A DNA stretch of 64,000 nt from Elusimicrobiota bacterium (GTDB lineage Bacteria > Elusimicrobiota > UBA8919): contig JAFGLF010000018.1 in NCBI GenBank assembly GCA_016928195.1, positions 30,731-94,730 of the forward strand, given 5' to 3'. Shown one piece after another: positions 35,689 to 44,588 of this stretch (position 1 is its first letter; each line of letters starts with the position of its first letter). The position numbers were made by a program, and so were the translations under genes. The notes below the pieces were generated by a model. That model saw nothing but the letters and a program-made list of their open reading frames with translations. It did no database searches and was not told where the DNA came from.

Positions 35689-37638
35689 TTAGTCCCAGAA
35701 AAGATCAGCAATCTTATTATTCTCAATAACTCCTATATTAATAATAAGCCAGCCGGTAGGTGCAACAGCCGGTGCCTCCGAAAACTCATGCGGTACATAC
35801 ATTGTGGAGTAATGAATACCGCCGGTTTCCGAACTATGTCTTAAAACCTCCTTGACTACTTTTTCTCCCTTAGATTTATCACCTATACGTAAATATGCAA
35901 GCGATACCCCAAGTGCTCCTTCTGTCCACATCATATTAACATCGTCCCATGATTTTTTTGGATTGCCGGGAAAATAATACTTACCTACTTCATATGTTTC
36001 GTATATGGGTTTTCCCAGATAAGGTTTATACCCAATACCTTTTTCTATTCTGCAGGAATATTTTGCTGCTGTCCTTGCCGCTCTAACAGCTTTTTTCTCG
36101 TGGTTTCTGGAAAGCAGAAAGAGGGAACCCCACGAAGCACAATCAAGCGCCATTACTTCATCAGACTGGGCAGCACTCTGGCCACGGTTGAACTGTCCGG
36201 CTTTTTCATTCCAGCATTGCGCAACAATCCGTTTACCCATTAACTCAGCTGCATCACGATATTTTTGTTTACTTGACAGTTTTCCCAAATCCTTCAGGAA
36301 GAAATACATATCAATGTTATGTTCTATGCTGCACCACGTTACTTCATCCGGAACAAACTGTTCCTCAACCTTGTTGATTTCATGATTCAATTTAAGTACA
36401 TATGTACCTTTGCCCCCGGTAACCAAACCGTATCTTGCATCCTGATTGTCTGTTATTCTGCGTTTCAGCATATTATCGGCAATTAATTCGGCATAACTTA
36501 AATAATTTTGTAGTTCTGTGTTTTTAGAAATTATTTCTGGATCATCAAGCAGGCGTGCCCTCAGATAAAAAACAATAGCCTGTCCTGCCCACGCAGATGC
36601 ACCGGAACGAATAATAGCTCCCCAACTGTCTTCTTTGTTCGGCCAGGTATTATGGGTATTGAATGTGAAAAACAACTCGCCGTCCGTACCGCCCATCCTC
36701 ATTATAGCATCTATAATTTTACTTGCTTGTTCAAACTGGTGTTCTATGGTAAAGGCTATTACTGCAACACCATTATCATATAACGAGGATTTACTGAAAA
36801 TATATTTATAAGCATCTGCTGTTTCCGGAAGCTCGTAACTTAATATAAGATTACGGCGGTCATTTGCCGGAGACTGAACGACATCATTCGGTACCATCTG
36901 CCGGTTAAGCCACTCAATGGACTTTTTTCTTACATTATAGTACGGACTTGAAGGGTTAGGCAATTCCGATACTGATGCTGCGACAGCAGACGGGGCTTGC
37001 CCGGCAGGTTCTATTTCTTCAGCAGAATAATTTGATAACTTATCGATGAAATCCAGTGCATACTCCCTTGCCTGATCTTCAGAGATATCTGTCGCACGGA
37101 CTGCGATACGGAACATAATACAGCCATCGTTCATGATTCGCTTTGAATCACGCCACATAAACCAGTATAAAAGATAATGTTTCCAGTCGCCTTTATATGC
37201 CGTAAAATATTTTGCCTCGAATTTCTTTTCACCGGAAACAATTTGTGTATATCCGCGTTTTTTTACAAGCCAGCTATCGTTTATATAACATACTTCGGGA
37301 GTATGAAAACGGCTTTCTACTATTCCATGAACAGCAATAAAATATATTTTAGCATTTTCGTCAACAGAATGCACGTATGCCCTGAAAAAAACAATATTTT
37401 CATCATCATGTTCCAGTTCATACCCTTCCCAATCTCCTAACTCATAAGGAATATTTCTAATCTTCTCTTTATCCAGCAGATTGGAAGAAACATTAATTTT
37501 ACCCTCGTGCGAGGTTGCAAAATAATACCCCGTGTCAGTAATAAAAGTATGCATCTGTTCTGTCTGTGATAAAGCAGATGAAGTATAAAAGGATATGGCT
37601 AAAATCACAATCAACGGCATACGTAATCTGTGTTTCAC
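35689..37638 (-). CDS. EpsI-family (exosortase-associated) domain fused to a ~430-aa helical-repeat domain
   Basis: Signal peptide. EpsI-like block (IPYELGDWEGYE ... HTPEVCYINDSW ... YWFMW). Then a long C-terminal region with alpha/alpha-toroid-like spacing of W/G/N/D motifs. The GTG start overlaps the exosortase stop (GTGA). Confidence 0.65.
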   Translation of the reverse strand: MKHRLRMPLIVILAISFYTSSALSQTEQMHTFITDTGYYFATSHEGKINVSSNLLDKEKIRNIPYELGDWEGYELEHDDENIVFFRAYVHSVDENAKIYFIAVHGIVESRFHTPEVCYINDSWLVKKRGYTQIVSGEKKFEAKYFTAYKGDWKHYLLYWFMWRDSKRIMNDGCIMFRIAVRATDISEDQAREYALDFIDKLSNYSAEEIEPAGQAPSAVAASVSELPNPSSPYYNVRKKSIEWLNRQMVPNDVVQSPANDRRNLILSYELPETADAYKYIFSKSSLYDNGVAVIAFTIEHQFEQASKIIDAIMRMGGTDGELFFTFNTHNTWPNKEDSWGAIIRSGASAWAGQAIVFYLRARLLDDPEIISKNTELQNYLSYAELIADNMLKRRITDNQDARYGLVTGGKGTYVLKLNHEINKVEEQFVPDEVTWCSIEHNIDMYFFLKDLGKLSSKQKYRDAAELMGKRIVAQCWNEKAGQFNRGQSAAQSDEVMALDCASWGSLFLLSRNHEKKAVRAARTAAKYSCRIEKGIGYKPYLGKPIYETYEVGKYYFPGNPKKSWDDVNMMWTEGALGVSLAYLRIGDKSKGEKVVKEVLRHSSETGGIHYSTMYVPHEFSEAPAVAPTGWLIINIGVIENNKIADLFWD

Positions 37639-38477
37639 GGAATTATAAGCCTCCTTATTTCAGTTCTATCTTTGTATATACGATGAAATATGTGCCATAC
37701 CATAAACATTAGTGTCAATGAAACAATATAGAAAAAGTATCCGGCAAAATTATGCCAGAAACGTATTGCCAAATCCATCCCGCCGGCTTTAGCAATGATA
37801 AAAATACAGACAATTCTCAAAACATTCGTAAAAAAACCCACGGGCAGTGCTAATAAAAGCATGCTGTATGTTATCATAGGTTTGTTTTTAATTATAATTG
37901 CCCAAAGTATTATAATGGTAACAAGTGCAAGAATAGAATTAGCACCGCTGCAATTGATACCTATACTGAATACTACATCCGGCGGAATATATATTTCGAT
38001 ACCATTGACGATAACCGACGGATAAAACAGCTTCAACAGAGAAACCGCAGTTTTTGCTGAAACAAAACTGAAATATCCGGATATCTCATACAGAAAAGGC
38101 AGAGGGAATACGAGTATTATCAATAAAAACGGCAAATTTAAATAATATGTATATTCCTGTGCCAGAAAAGTTTTATTAATCGCAAGACAGCATATCGGAT
38201 ATGCCGTTGCTATTAGATACGGGAACCTGTAATACAATCCTAAAAAGATAAATATACAGGCTGCAACCCAGAATAAAATAACTGATTTAAACTTTAATAC
38301 GATCTTTTTTATTCGGCACCCGTTTATTACAATGAGTATCAGACAGAAAAAAACAATTATAAAACTATGTGTATAAAATGTGTTATGTATCCAGGACTTT
38401 ACCAGCCAATTAAAAATATCACTGAATACAAACCAGTACAATAGGGAAAAAATACCCGTAATAAGAAGATAATGCAT
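37635..38477 (-). CDS. exosortase/archaeosortase-family transpeptidase (minimal 280-aa form)
   Basis: About 8 TM helices. Candidate catalytic Cys in INCSGANS, Arg in NVLRIV and His in FWHNFAG. This matches the Cys/Arg/His layout of exosortases. An EpsI-domain gene is adjacent. Confidence 0.7.
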   Translation of the reverse strand: MHYLLITGIFSLLYWFVFSDIFNWLVKSWIHNTFYTHSFIIVFFCLILIVINGCRIKKIVLKFKSVILFWVAACIFIFLGLYYRFPYLIATAYPICCLAINKTFLAQEYTYYLNLPFLLIILVFPLPFLYEISGYFSFVSAKTAVSLLKLFYPSVIVNGIEIYIPPDVVFSIGINCSGANSILALVTIIILWAIIIKNKPMITYSMLLLALPVGFFTNVLRIVCIFIIAKAGGMDLAIRFWHNFAGYFFYIVSLTLMFMVWHIFHRIYKDRTEIRRLIIP

Positions 38478-38496
38478 ATCGCTTATTGTTTACGGC

Positions 38497-38910
38497 TTAT
38501 TGCTGACCGTCCGAAGCGTCTTTATCGCAGCAGCTTTTCTTTTTTGTAAGGAAATAACCTGCTACTCCGATAGCGCCAAGTCCGACTAAAACTGCAGCAG
38601 CCATAGGAATACCCGGAACTGAAGGGCCTCTATCTCTGTCTCTTCCTCTACCTCCGCCCCTTCCCCGGCCACTGCCTCTTCCCCGGTCACTGCCTCTTCC
38701 CCGGCCACTGCCTCTTCCCCGGTCTTCGTCTCTTTCTCTCGGAGCAGCATAAACATTTTGAACATTATTTATTTTGGTAAATTGGTTCAAAAGACTTATA
38801 TTTCCTAAACATTCCTGATGTCCCGACGAAGAATCCTGTCTCACATCCGGGATGGAAAACACGGCACATATGAACACTGCAATTATAATACTAACCAGTG
38901 TCTTTCTCAT
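38497..38910 (-). CDS. secreted Arg-Gly-repeat protein with C-terminal sorting-signal-like tail
   Basis: Signal peptide. RGRGSGRGRGSDRGRGSGRGRGGGRGRDRDRG. Then PSVPGIP, a 19-aa hydrophobic helix, KKK and a 12-aa tail. Start set to ATG 38910 (poly-G SD); the track starts at GTG 38919. Confidence 0.6.
   Translation of the reverse strand: MRKTLVSIIIAVFICAVFSIPDVRQDSSSGHQECLGNISLLNQFTKINNVQNVYAAPRERDEDRGRGSGRGRGSDRGRGSGRGRGGGRGRDRDRGPSVPGIPMAAAVLVGLGAIGVAGYFLTKKKSCCDKDASDGQQ
38663..38724. repeat. 18-bp tandem repeat inside the RG-repeat gene
   Basis: CCCCGG[CT]CACTGCCTCTT x3 plus a partial fourth copy. Encodes the RGRGS[GD] units. Confidence 0.9.
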
Positions 38911-39076
38911 AAAAATCACCCCCCCATAACTACGATTTAAACTAATAAAAACGCAGATTCAAACGGATTTACATCTGTCTGAATCCGTGACTACATCTGT
39001 TTTCATCTGTGTTTCCCATCTGTCTGCATCTGCGCCTTCATCTGTTTGCATCTGCACTTTCATCTGTCCGAATCGT
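38911..39076. repeat. phased CATCTG/CAGATG word array
   Basis: CATCTG at 38972, 38994, 39004, 39017, 39027, 39039, 39049 and 39061. Spacings are 22, 10, 13, 10, 12, 10 and 12 nt. The left part (GCAGATTCAAACGGATT ... GTCTGAATCCGTGACT) is shared with 51513-51603. Confidence 0.9.
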
Positions 39077-39946
39077 CTATTCCTCAAATTCGAATACTAC
39101 TGTTGTAGGATATATCCACTGAAGCAGTGAATCAAAAGAAAGTATAAGCCCATGTTCTTCTATACCAAATAATTTATGGTCAATCGCAAATGAGTCTACA
39201 TCCCAGTAAACCCCGGAAGAACCATCCCAGTCCTCTTTCCCGCTTATGCTCTGACCGTTTATAAGATTTGTACTTGCATTTCCTTTAAGTCCGTGACCTC
39301 CTATAATAGTCAGCCGGACAGGAACAAACGAAGTCCCTTTTTCCAAAATCTTTATATCATATATTTCTCCGGGTCTTAACATAAGAAATTCGCTTTTTAT
39401 TTGTATCCGCTTTTTATTTGTATCCTCCGGGTTCCTGTAAACTACTATAACGGCATATCCTCCCACTGAACAAAATTCAGCACCTTTTTTCTCAAAAACA
39501 TCACTTCGCAGATCTTTTATTATATATTTTCCCTTTCCATTATATACAGAAGTTATATCGGCAAAACAGGAATATAATATACCGGAGGAAGCAGATTTAT
39601 AAACCTTATCGGCCTCAATCTTTTTTGGCCCATTTCCGGGGCTTTGTATTGTTATATTTTTAAAATCATCCGATTTTTTCTTAACCTCTCCAGACCACAC
39701 AAGTATAACCTTATCAATATTATCAAAACTTCCAATATGAAATTTACTCTGGCTTAAGACCTGTCCGGAGCCGGATATCATGCTTTTACCGTCAACCCAT
39801 ACACTCAATCCCAAATCCTCTTTCTCATAATATGTGTCCATCTGCAGCCCGCAGTAAAGTGCCTGAAAAAAACCAAGAATAATAATACATAAGATAATAT
39901 TTCTAAAACTGATATTCTGTATAAAATTTATAATAGACATCTTCAT
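39077..39946 (-). CDS. hypothetical membrane-anchored/secreted beta-rich protein
   Basis: N-terminal hydrophobic helix followed by about 250 aa of beta-rich sequence. ATG 39946 has an AGGGGGG SD. Overlaps the end of the porin gene by 44 nt. Confidence 0.5.
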   Translation of the reverse strand: MKMSIINFIQNISFRNIILCIIILGFFQALYCGLQMDTYYEKEDLGLSVWVDGKSMISGSGQVLSQSKFHIGSFDNIDKVILVWSGEVKKKSDDFKNITIQSPGNGPKKIEADKVYKSASSGILYSCFADITSVYNGKGKYIIKDLRSDVFEKKGAEFCSVGGYAVIVVYRNPEDTNKKRIQIKSEFLMLRPGEIYDIKILEKGTSFVPVRLTIIGGHGLKGNASTNLINGQSISGKEDWDGSSGVYWDVDSFAIDHKLFGIEEHGLILSFDSLLQWIYPTTVVFEFEE

Positions 39947-42077
39947 CCCTGTCCCCCCTGTGTTCAAAATCACAAGTTATATCTGCACATAGTTTTATCA
40001 TATCAGTAATATTATAATAAGTAAAAACATTTAAACTATGGGTGCTGGTATCGTAAAGATTATCACTTTCCAGCGAACAAGTAACAGAATAATTAACTTT
40101 TGCAAACTGATTTTTATAATTTGTTTTAATGGTATGTATCGCTTCCGAATCATTTGTTAAATGACGGAAATAATAGCCGAGCTCACATTGTTTTAAAAAA
40201 GGTAACACATATTTAACACCGGCATTATAATCCTTACGGCTGTAAGTACTGTAGTAATTTTTATAGAACACTGACAACAGAAAACTTAAGTTTTCTGTTG
40301 TATCATGCCCTACAGATAATCCGGCATTTTTTAAATATCCTATTTCCAGGTTATTCTCCATGAGCATAGGATACACGGGTTCACTGTCATAATTTACACT
40401 AAACACCCACTTATTTAAATCATATTGAGTAAGTATAAATCCGAAAAAACCCGTTTCATCGTCACGAAGCATATAAACCTCACTGTCGTTATCACGATAT
40501 AAACCCCTAATCAACCTTCCGGTAAGTTTAATTCTTTTACCAAACTGCCTGCTTAGTAACACAGAATATTCATCACCGATTAAACCGTAGTTTCTATCGG
40601 CATCTTCCAGTTCTTTCTCAGTAATATGTTTATAGCGGAATCCGGCGGAAAATATCGATGAAAATGATATATCAACCGCCTGAGAATATTCATGACGTAC
40701 TGTTTTCTCGGCAAACTCCGATAATTCCGAATCATAATTTTTAAGTCCAGCATAATCAAATCTTGTTTCAAATCTGGGTTTTTTCAAATTTTCCAGTTTC
40801 TCCAGTTCTTCTGATGCTTCTTTATTAAGAGGATTTATTTCAAGAACTTTTTTAAACTGCCGGCGTGATTCGGACCAGTTCCCGTCATAAAAATATGTCC
40901 GTCCGAGCCCTATATATGCTTCCTGGTTATACGGATCAATACGGATTGCCTCCTTATAAAGCTTTATTGATTCTGCAATACGCAGTTTCCAGCTATAAAC
41001 CCTTCCGAGAGTTATAAGATTTTCAATATCGTTATCCTGTACAGTTAATGCTTTCTGTAGTGTTGTAATGGCTTCATCTATCCTGTCTGTATAACTATAC
41101 AGAAGTCCCAAACGTGCATCTATCTGCGGTTTATCGCCTCCGAGATCCCTGGCTTTTTCATACCATTTGATCGCTTGTTTATATTTATCCTGCATTTCAT
41201 ATAAAAGTGCTATTTCCATAACTGCAGAAACATTGTTTTTATCCCGTTCAAGAATCTTTTTCTGTATAGCTATTCCTTCTTCATAACGTTCAGCCCATCT
41301 ATATATACGCGCCAGTGTTTTCGCAGCTTCCAAATCCCCGGGATCTATTTTCAAAGATCTTTCAAAATATGAAACTGCCTCGTTATAATCCCCTCTCCAG
41401 CTCAGTACTTTTCCAAGTCCGTTCAAAACAGCGGTATTACTTGGATACTCCCGGAGCATTTCTTTATACCGGGCAACAGCACCATCATAGTCGCCCTGGG
41501 CTGCAGTCATATCAACCAGAGAAATACGGGCTTTTTTATTACCAGGGTCAATCTCCAAAATCTTTGAATACATAGCCCGGGCTGAAGAATAATCCATATC
41601 CCACATAAAAATACGCGCTTTGATTTCATATGCATCTATATATTTAGGATTATTTTTTATTACCTCATCGCATAATACCAGCGATTCTGCACTCTTATCC
41701 TGCCAGCTCAAAACACGTGCTTTTGCAAGTTTGGCATCATCATATTGGGGTGTAACGGAAAGAACCTTATCGAAATACCTGATAGATTCATCATACTTCT
41801 CAGTCCAGGAAAATAAAATACCTATCTGAAAAAGAATATCGGAATTCTCCGGCTGTAACAATTCGGCTTTCCTAAACCATATTATTGATTCATCAAACAT
41901 TTTTTTCTCTTTATAGTGTTTTGCAATCTGAATTATATATTCAACAGCTTCAGGATTTTTTTTATGCATTTTCATATAGTAATCTAAATTCAGTTCGATT
42001 TTCGAAGTATCTTGAGCAGGAGAGAGAGAGTATATGAAAATAAAAATCAAAACAACTATAATAATGTTTCTTTTCAT
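39903..42077 (-). CDS. TPR-repeat outer-membrane polysaccharide export porin (PgaA/NfrA-like architecture)
   Basis: Signal peptide, about 430 aa of tandem TPRs, then about 290 aa of alternating beta-strand pattern. The protein ends in YTEYQF, an aromatic OMP C-terminus. Confidence 0.7.
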   Translation of the reverse strand: MKRNIIIVVLIFIFIYSLSPAQDTSKIELNLDYYMKMHKKNPEAVEYIIQIAKHYKEKKMFDESIIWFRKAELLQPENSDILFQIGILFSWTEKYDESIRYFDKVLSVTPQYDDAKLAKARVLSWQDKSAESLVLCDEVIKNNPKYIDAYEIKARIFMWDMDYSSARAMYSKILEIDPGNKKARISLVDMTAAQGDYDGAVARYKEMLREYPSNTAVLNGLGKVLSWRGDYNEAVSYFERSLKIDPGDLEAAKTLARIYRWAERYEEGIAIQKKILERDKNNVSAVMEIALLYEMQDKYKQAIKWYEKARDLGGDKPQIDARLGLLYSYTDRIDEAITTLQKALTVQDNDIENLITLGRVYSWKLRIAESIKLYKEAIRIDPYNQEAYIGLGRTYFYDGNWSESRRQFKKVLEINPLNKEASEELEKLENLKKPRFETRFDYAGLKNYDSELSEFAEKTVRHEYSQAVDISFSSIFSAGFRYKHITEKELEDADRNYGLIGDEYSVLLSRQFGKRIKLTGRLIRGLYRDNDSEVYMLRDDETGFFGFILTQYDLNKWVFSVNYDSEPVYPMLMENNLEIGYLKNAGLSVGHDTTENLSFLLSVFYKNYYSTYSRKDYNAGVKYVLPFLKQCELGYYFRHLTNDSEAIHTIKTNYKNQFAKVNYSVTCSLESDNLYDTSTHSLNVFTYYNITDMIKLCADITCDFEHRGDRDEDVYYKFYTEYQF

Positions 42078-42090
42078 AAGTAAAATCTAA

Positions 42091-43494
42091 TTATCCGATT
42101 CCTGTTCTTTCCATTTTACCCCAGGATTTGCGCCCTAGCATCCAATCGTAGAGACCCTTTGCCCTTACAACCGCCATATACTGGCGGTAGCCGAAATTTT
42201 CAAGTATTGCTGCAGACATAAGCTTCAATAAATCCCTCACGCGTTTATATCTGTGATATGTAACCTCTTCCATCAACAATGCAAGCAGTGACAGTACTAA
42301 TCCGAAAATAACTGCAAGCAGAAAAAATGCTATAAAAGACGTCAGGCTTACTGCTTTCATACAGAACCCTAAAATAAATGTCACATAACCGAATAATTCA
42401 ATTATAGGACTTATAAACTCAATAAAAAAGAAATAAGGCATGGCTATTAGCCCGACATTTTTATACCTTGGGTTACACAGCATACCTATATGCATAAAAA
42501 GACTTTCTGCCAGACCGCGCTGCCACCTGTTACGCTGACGGCTGAGTGTTTTTATGTTTTCAGGAACTTCCGTCCAGCAAACAGTATCCGGCAAGAAATA
42601 AATACCGCAAGGTTTTTTATCTCTTCTAAGGTAGTGATGCAGCCGTACCACCAGTTCCATATCCTCTCCCACAATTCCTTTCTTATAACCGCCCACATCA
42701 ATAACAGATTGTTTCTTAAATAAACCGAATGCTCCGGAAATGACCAGATTACAATCCAGCATACTAAGACCCATACGGCCGGACAAAAAAGCACGGAAAT
42801 ACTCAACCACCTGAAAATTAACAAGCATTTTATTGGAAGTTTTTACATCAGGAACTTCCTTCCCTCTATATTTACATCCATTTGCAACACGGATTAAACC
42901 TCCGGTAGCAACAATGTTGGCGTAGGATTCCATAAAAGGATGCACCACTCTTAACAGAGAACTTTGTTCTAAAACCGAATCTGCATCAATACAGCAGAAA
43001 AGGGGATATGTACTTACATTTATACCTGCATTCAACGAATCCGCTTTACCTCCGTTCTCTTTATCAACAACTATAAGATTTTTAACGGTCTGGGAACGGT
43101 AAATAGCACGGATTTTCTCTGAGGCTAACTGCGGATTATATTTTCTGGAAGTTTTTACAAGTTTAAATTCTTCTTTTAACACATCCATTGTTCTGTCTTT
43201 TGAACCGTCGTTTATTACTATAACCTCAAACTGACCATATTGCAGTTCCAGCAGCGATTTAACACTTGCAACAATACTTTTCTCCTCGTTATACCCCGGT
43301 GCCATAACTGAAACGGGTGGAGTGATTCTTGCTTTTAAAATCTCATTGGTAGTGGCAAACTTTGTGCGTATTTGGTGCGAAATCAGACCTTTAAAAGAAA
43401 GAAGAAAAATAAAAATATAGAATATGCTGACTATAAAAAAGTAAGCAAGAATTAAAAGACTGATAACCTGCATAAAATTATGCATACTCGTCAA
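42091..43494 (-). CDS. processive family-2 glycosyltransferase (PgaC/IcaA/cellulose-synthase-like)
   Basis: N-terminal TM helix. PGYNEE, INDGSKDRT, DADS, GEDMEL and QRNRWQRG motifs. C-terminal TM helices. Confidence 0.88.
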   Translation of the reverse strand: MTSMHNFMQVISLLILAYFFIVSIFYIFIFLLSFKGLISHQIRTKFATTNEILKARITPPVSVMAPGYNEEKSIVASVKSLLELQYGQFEVIVINDGSKDRTMDVLKEEFKLVKTSRKYNPQLASEKIRAIYRSQTVKNLIVVDKENGGKADSLNAGINVSTYPLFCCIDADSVLEQSSLLRVVHPFMESYANIVATGGLIRVANGCKYRGKEVPDVKTSNKMLVNFQVVEYFRAFLSGRMGLSMLDCNLVISGAFGLFKKQSVIDVGGYKKGIVGEDMELVVRLHHYLRRDKKPCGIYFLPDTVCWTEVPENIKTLSRQRNRWQRGLAESLFMHIGMLCNPRYKNVGLIAMPYFFFIEFISPIIELFGYVTFILGFCMKAVSLTSFIAFFLLAVIFGLVLSLLALLMEEVTYHRYKRVRDLLKLMSAAILENFGYRQYMAVVRAKGLYDWMLGRKSWGKMERTGIG

Positions 43495-44554
43495 GCCATT
43501 GTGCAGCCATATCCCTTACAGACTCGGACCGGCTTTCCTTTTCTAATAAAAGAAGGGCTGATTTACCTTTTTCGCCCAATTTTGTCAGAGCTTCACCCGC
43601 ATTTCTGCGTACCCACCATTTACGGTCATTCATTGCCTCATTCAGCGGACCAACGGCCTCCGGTAATCCTATGAGTCCGAGGCCACGTGCAGACTGCGCA
43701 CGAACTTCCCATAAAGAATCTTTCAGACCGTCTATAAGACATTGCATACCGGAAGAATCAGCAATCGTTCCGAGTGCTTTATATGCCGCTACGCGAACTT
43801 CTTTGTTTTCATCCTGAACAGTTTTATTTATTATTTCCGGAACAGATTGATGGGCCTGTATCTCGCCAAGTAAATGAAGTGAAAGAATACGTACGGCAGA
43901 ATCTGTATGTTCCAAGGCTTTCGTCAAAACAGGTATTGCTTTTTCTCCCAACTCGAAAACCGTAGAAGAAAGGCGCATACCGGCAAGACGGGATGTATTT
44001 ACAAGAGCTTCCATACTCGGCACAATAATATCCGGATCACCTATTCTACCCAGCGACCATGCGGCCAGAAGTCTAACCTCAAGAACTTTGTCTTTCAGAA
44101 CTCTAAGAAGAAACGGCTTTGACCGCTGAGAACGAAGCTGTCCGAGACACCGGGCAGCTTCGGCACGTGTCCACCAGAAAAATGCTTTCAACCGTTTTAA
44201 GTCCAGGTCAACAAAACCCAGTTTTTCATATGCTTCCAAAATTATTTCTATATTTCTTCTTGTTTCGCCGAAACTTCTGAAAACAATAAGTTTTTGTACA
44301 ATAGGCCTGCTGAAAAAGCTTAACGGCCGGAAAGCAGAAAGTTTCGAAATATCCGCAGTTTTAAGATAGTCCTCAAACACGGGCCTCATCCAGCCCAACA
44401 TTTTATTACTATATCTGTCCCATAACATATTACCCAACTTAACCATTACAAGCACAAAAGTCAAAAAACTAACCAACGACAGCAAAACTATGGCTGCATT
44501 GGCGATATATATATGCAGGGTTCTTACAAAATTACTGAATAACTCAATGTTCAT
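43478..44554 (-). CDS. membrane-anchored HEAT-repeat protein
   Basis: One N-terminal TM helix. At least 5 PBS-lyase-type HEAT repeats (EVRLLAAWSLGRIGD, AVRILSLHLLGEI, EVRVAAYKALGTI, EVRAQSARGLGLIG, WVRRNAGEALTKLG). Overlaps the GT2 start by 17 nt. Confidence 0.75.
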   Translation of the reverse strand: MNIELFSNFVRTLHIYIANAAIVLLSLVSFLTFVLVMVKLGNMLWDRYSNKMLGWMRPVFEDYLKTADISKLSAFRPLSFFSRPIVQKLIVFRSFGETRRNIEIILEAYEKLGFVDLDLKRLKAFFWWTRAEAARCLGQLRSQRSKPFLLRVLKDKVLEVRLLAAWSLGRIGDPDIIVPSMEALVNTSRLAGMRLSSTVFELGEKAIPVLTKALEHTDSAVRILSLHLLGEIQAHQSVPEIINKTVQDENKEVRVAAYKALGTIADSSGMQCLIDGLKDSLWEVRAQSARGLGLIGLPEAVGPLNEAMNDRKWWVRRNAGEALTKLGEKGKSALLLLEKESRSESVRDMAAQWLDEYA

Positions 44555-44588
44555 TTCAGTCCTTTTCTATACATACCACATCTATTTT

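Noticed and set aside
38620-38730. RG-repeat region as a collagen-like or assembly-artefact low-complexity stretch
   Set aside because: The repeat is in frame and is flanked by a proper signal peptide and a C-terminal TM/basic tail. It has an 18-nt rather than a 9-nt Gly-X-Y period. Collapse of copy number in assembly remains possible and is noted in the findings.
38911-39076. Phased word arrays as a replication origin (iterons or DnaA boxes)
   Set aside because: I spotted no TTATCCACA-type DnaA boxes. There is no dnaA, dnaN or rep gene nearby. The same architecture occurs in more than 15 spacers. Gene orientation does not switch anywhere.
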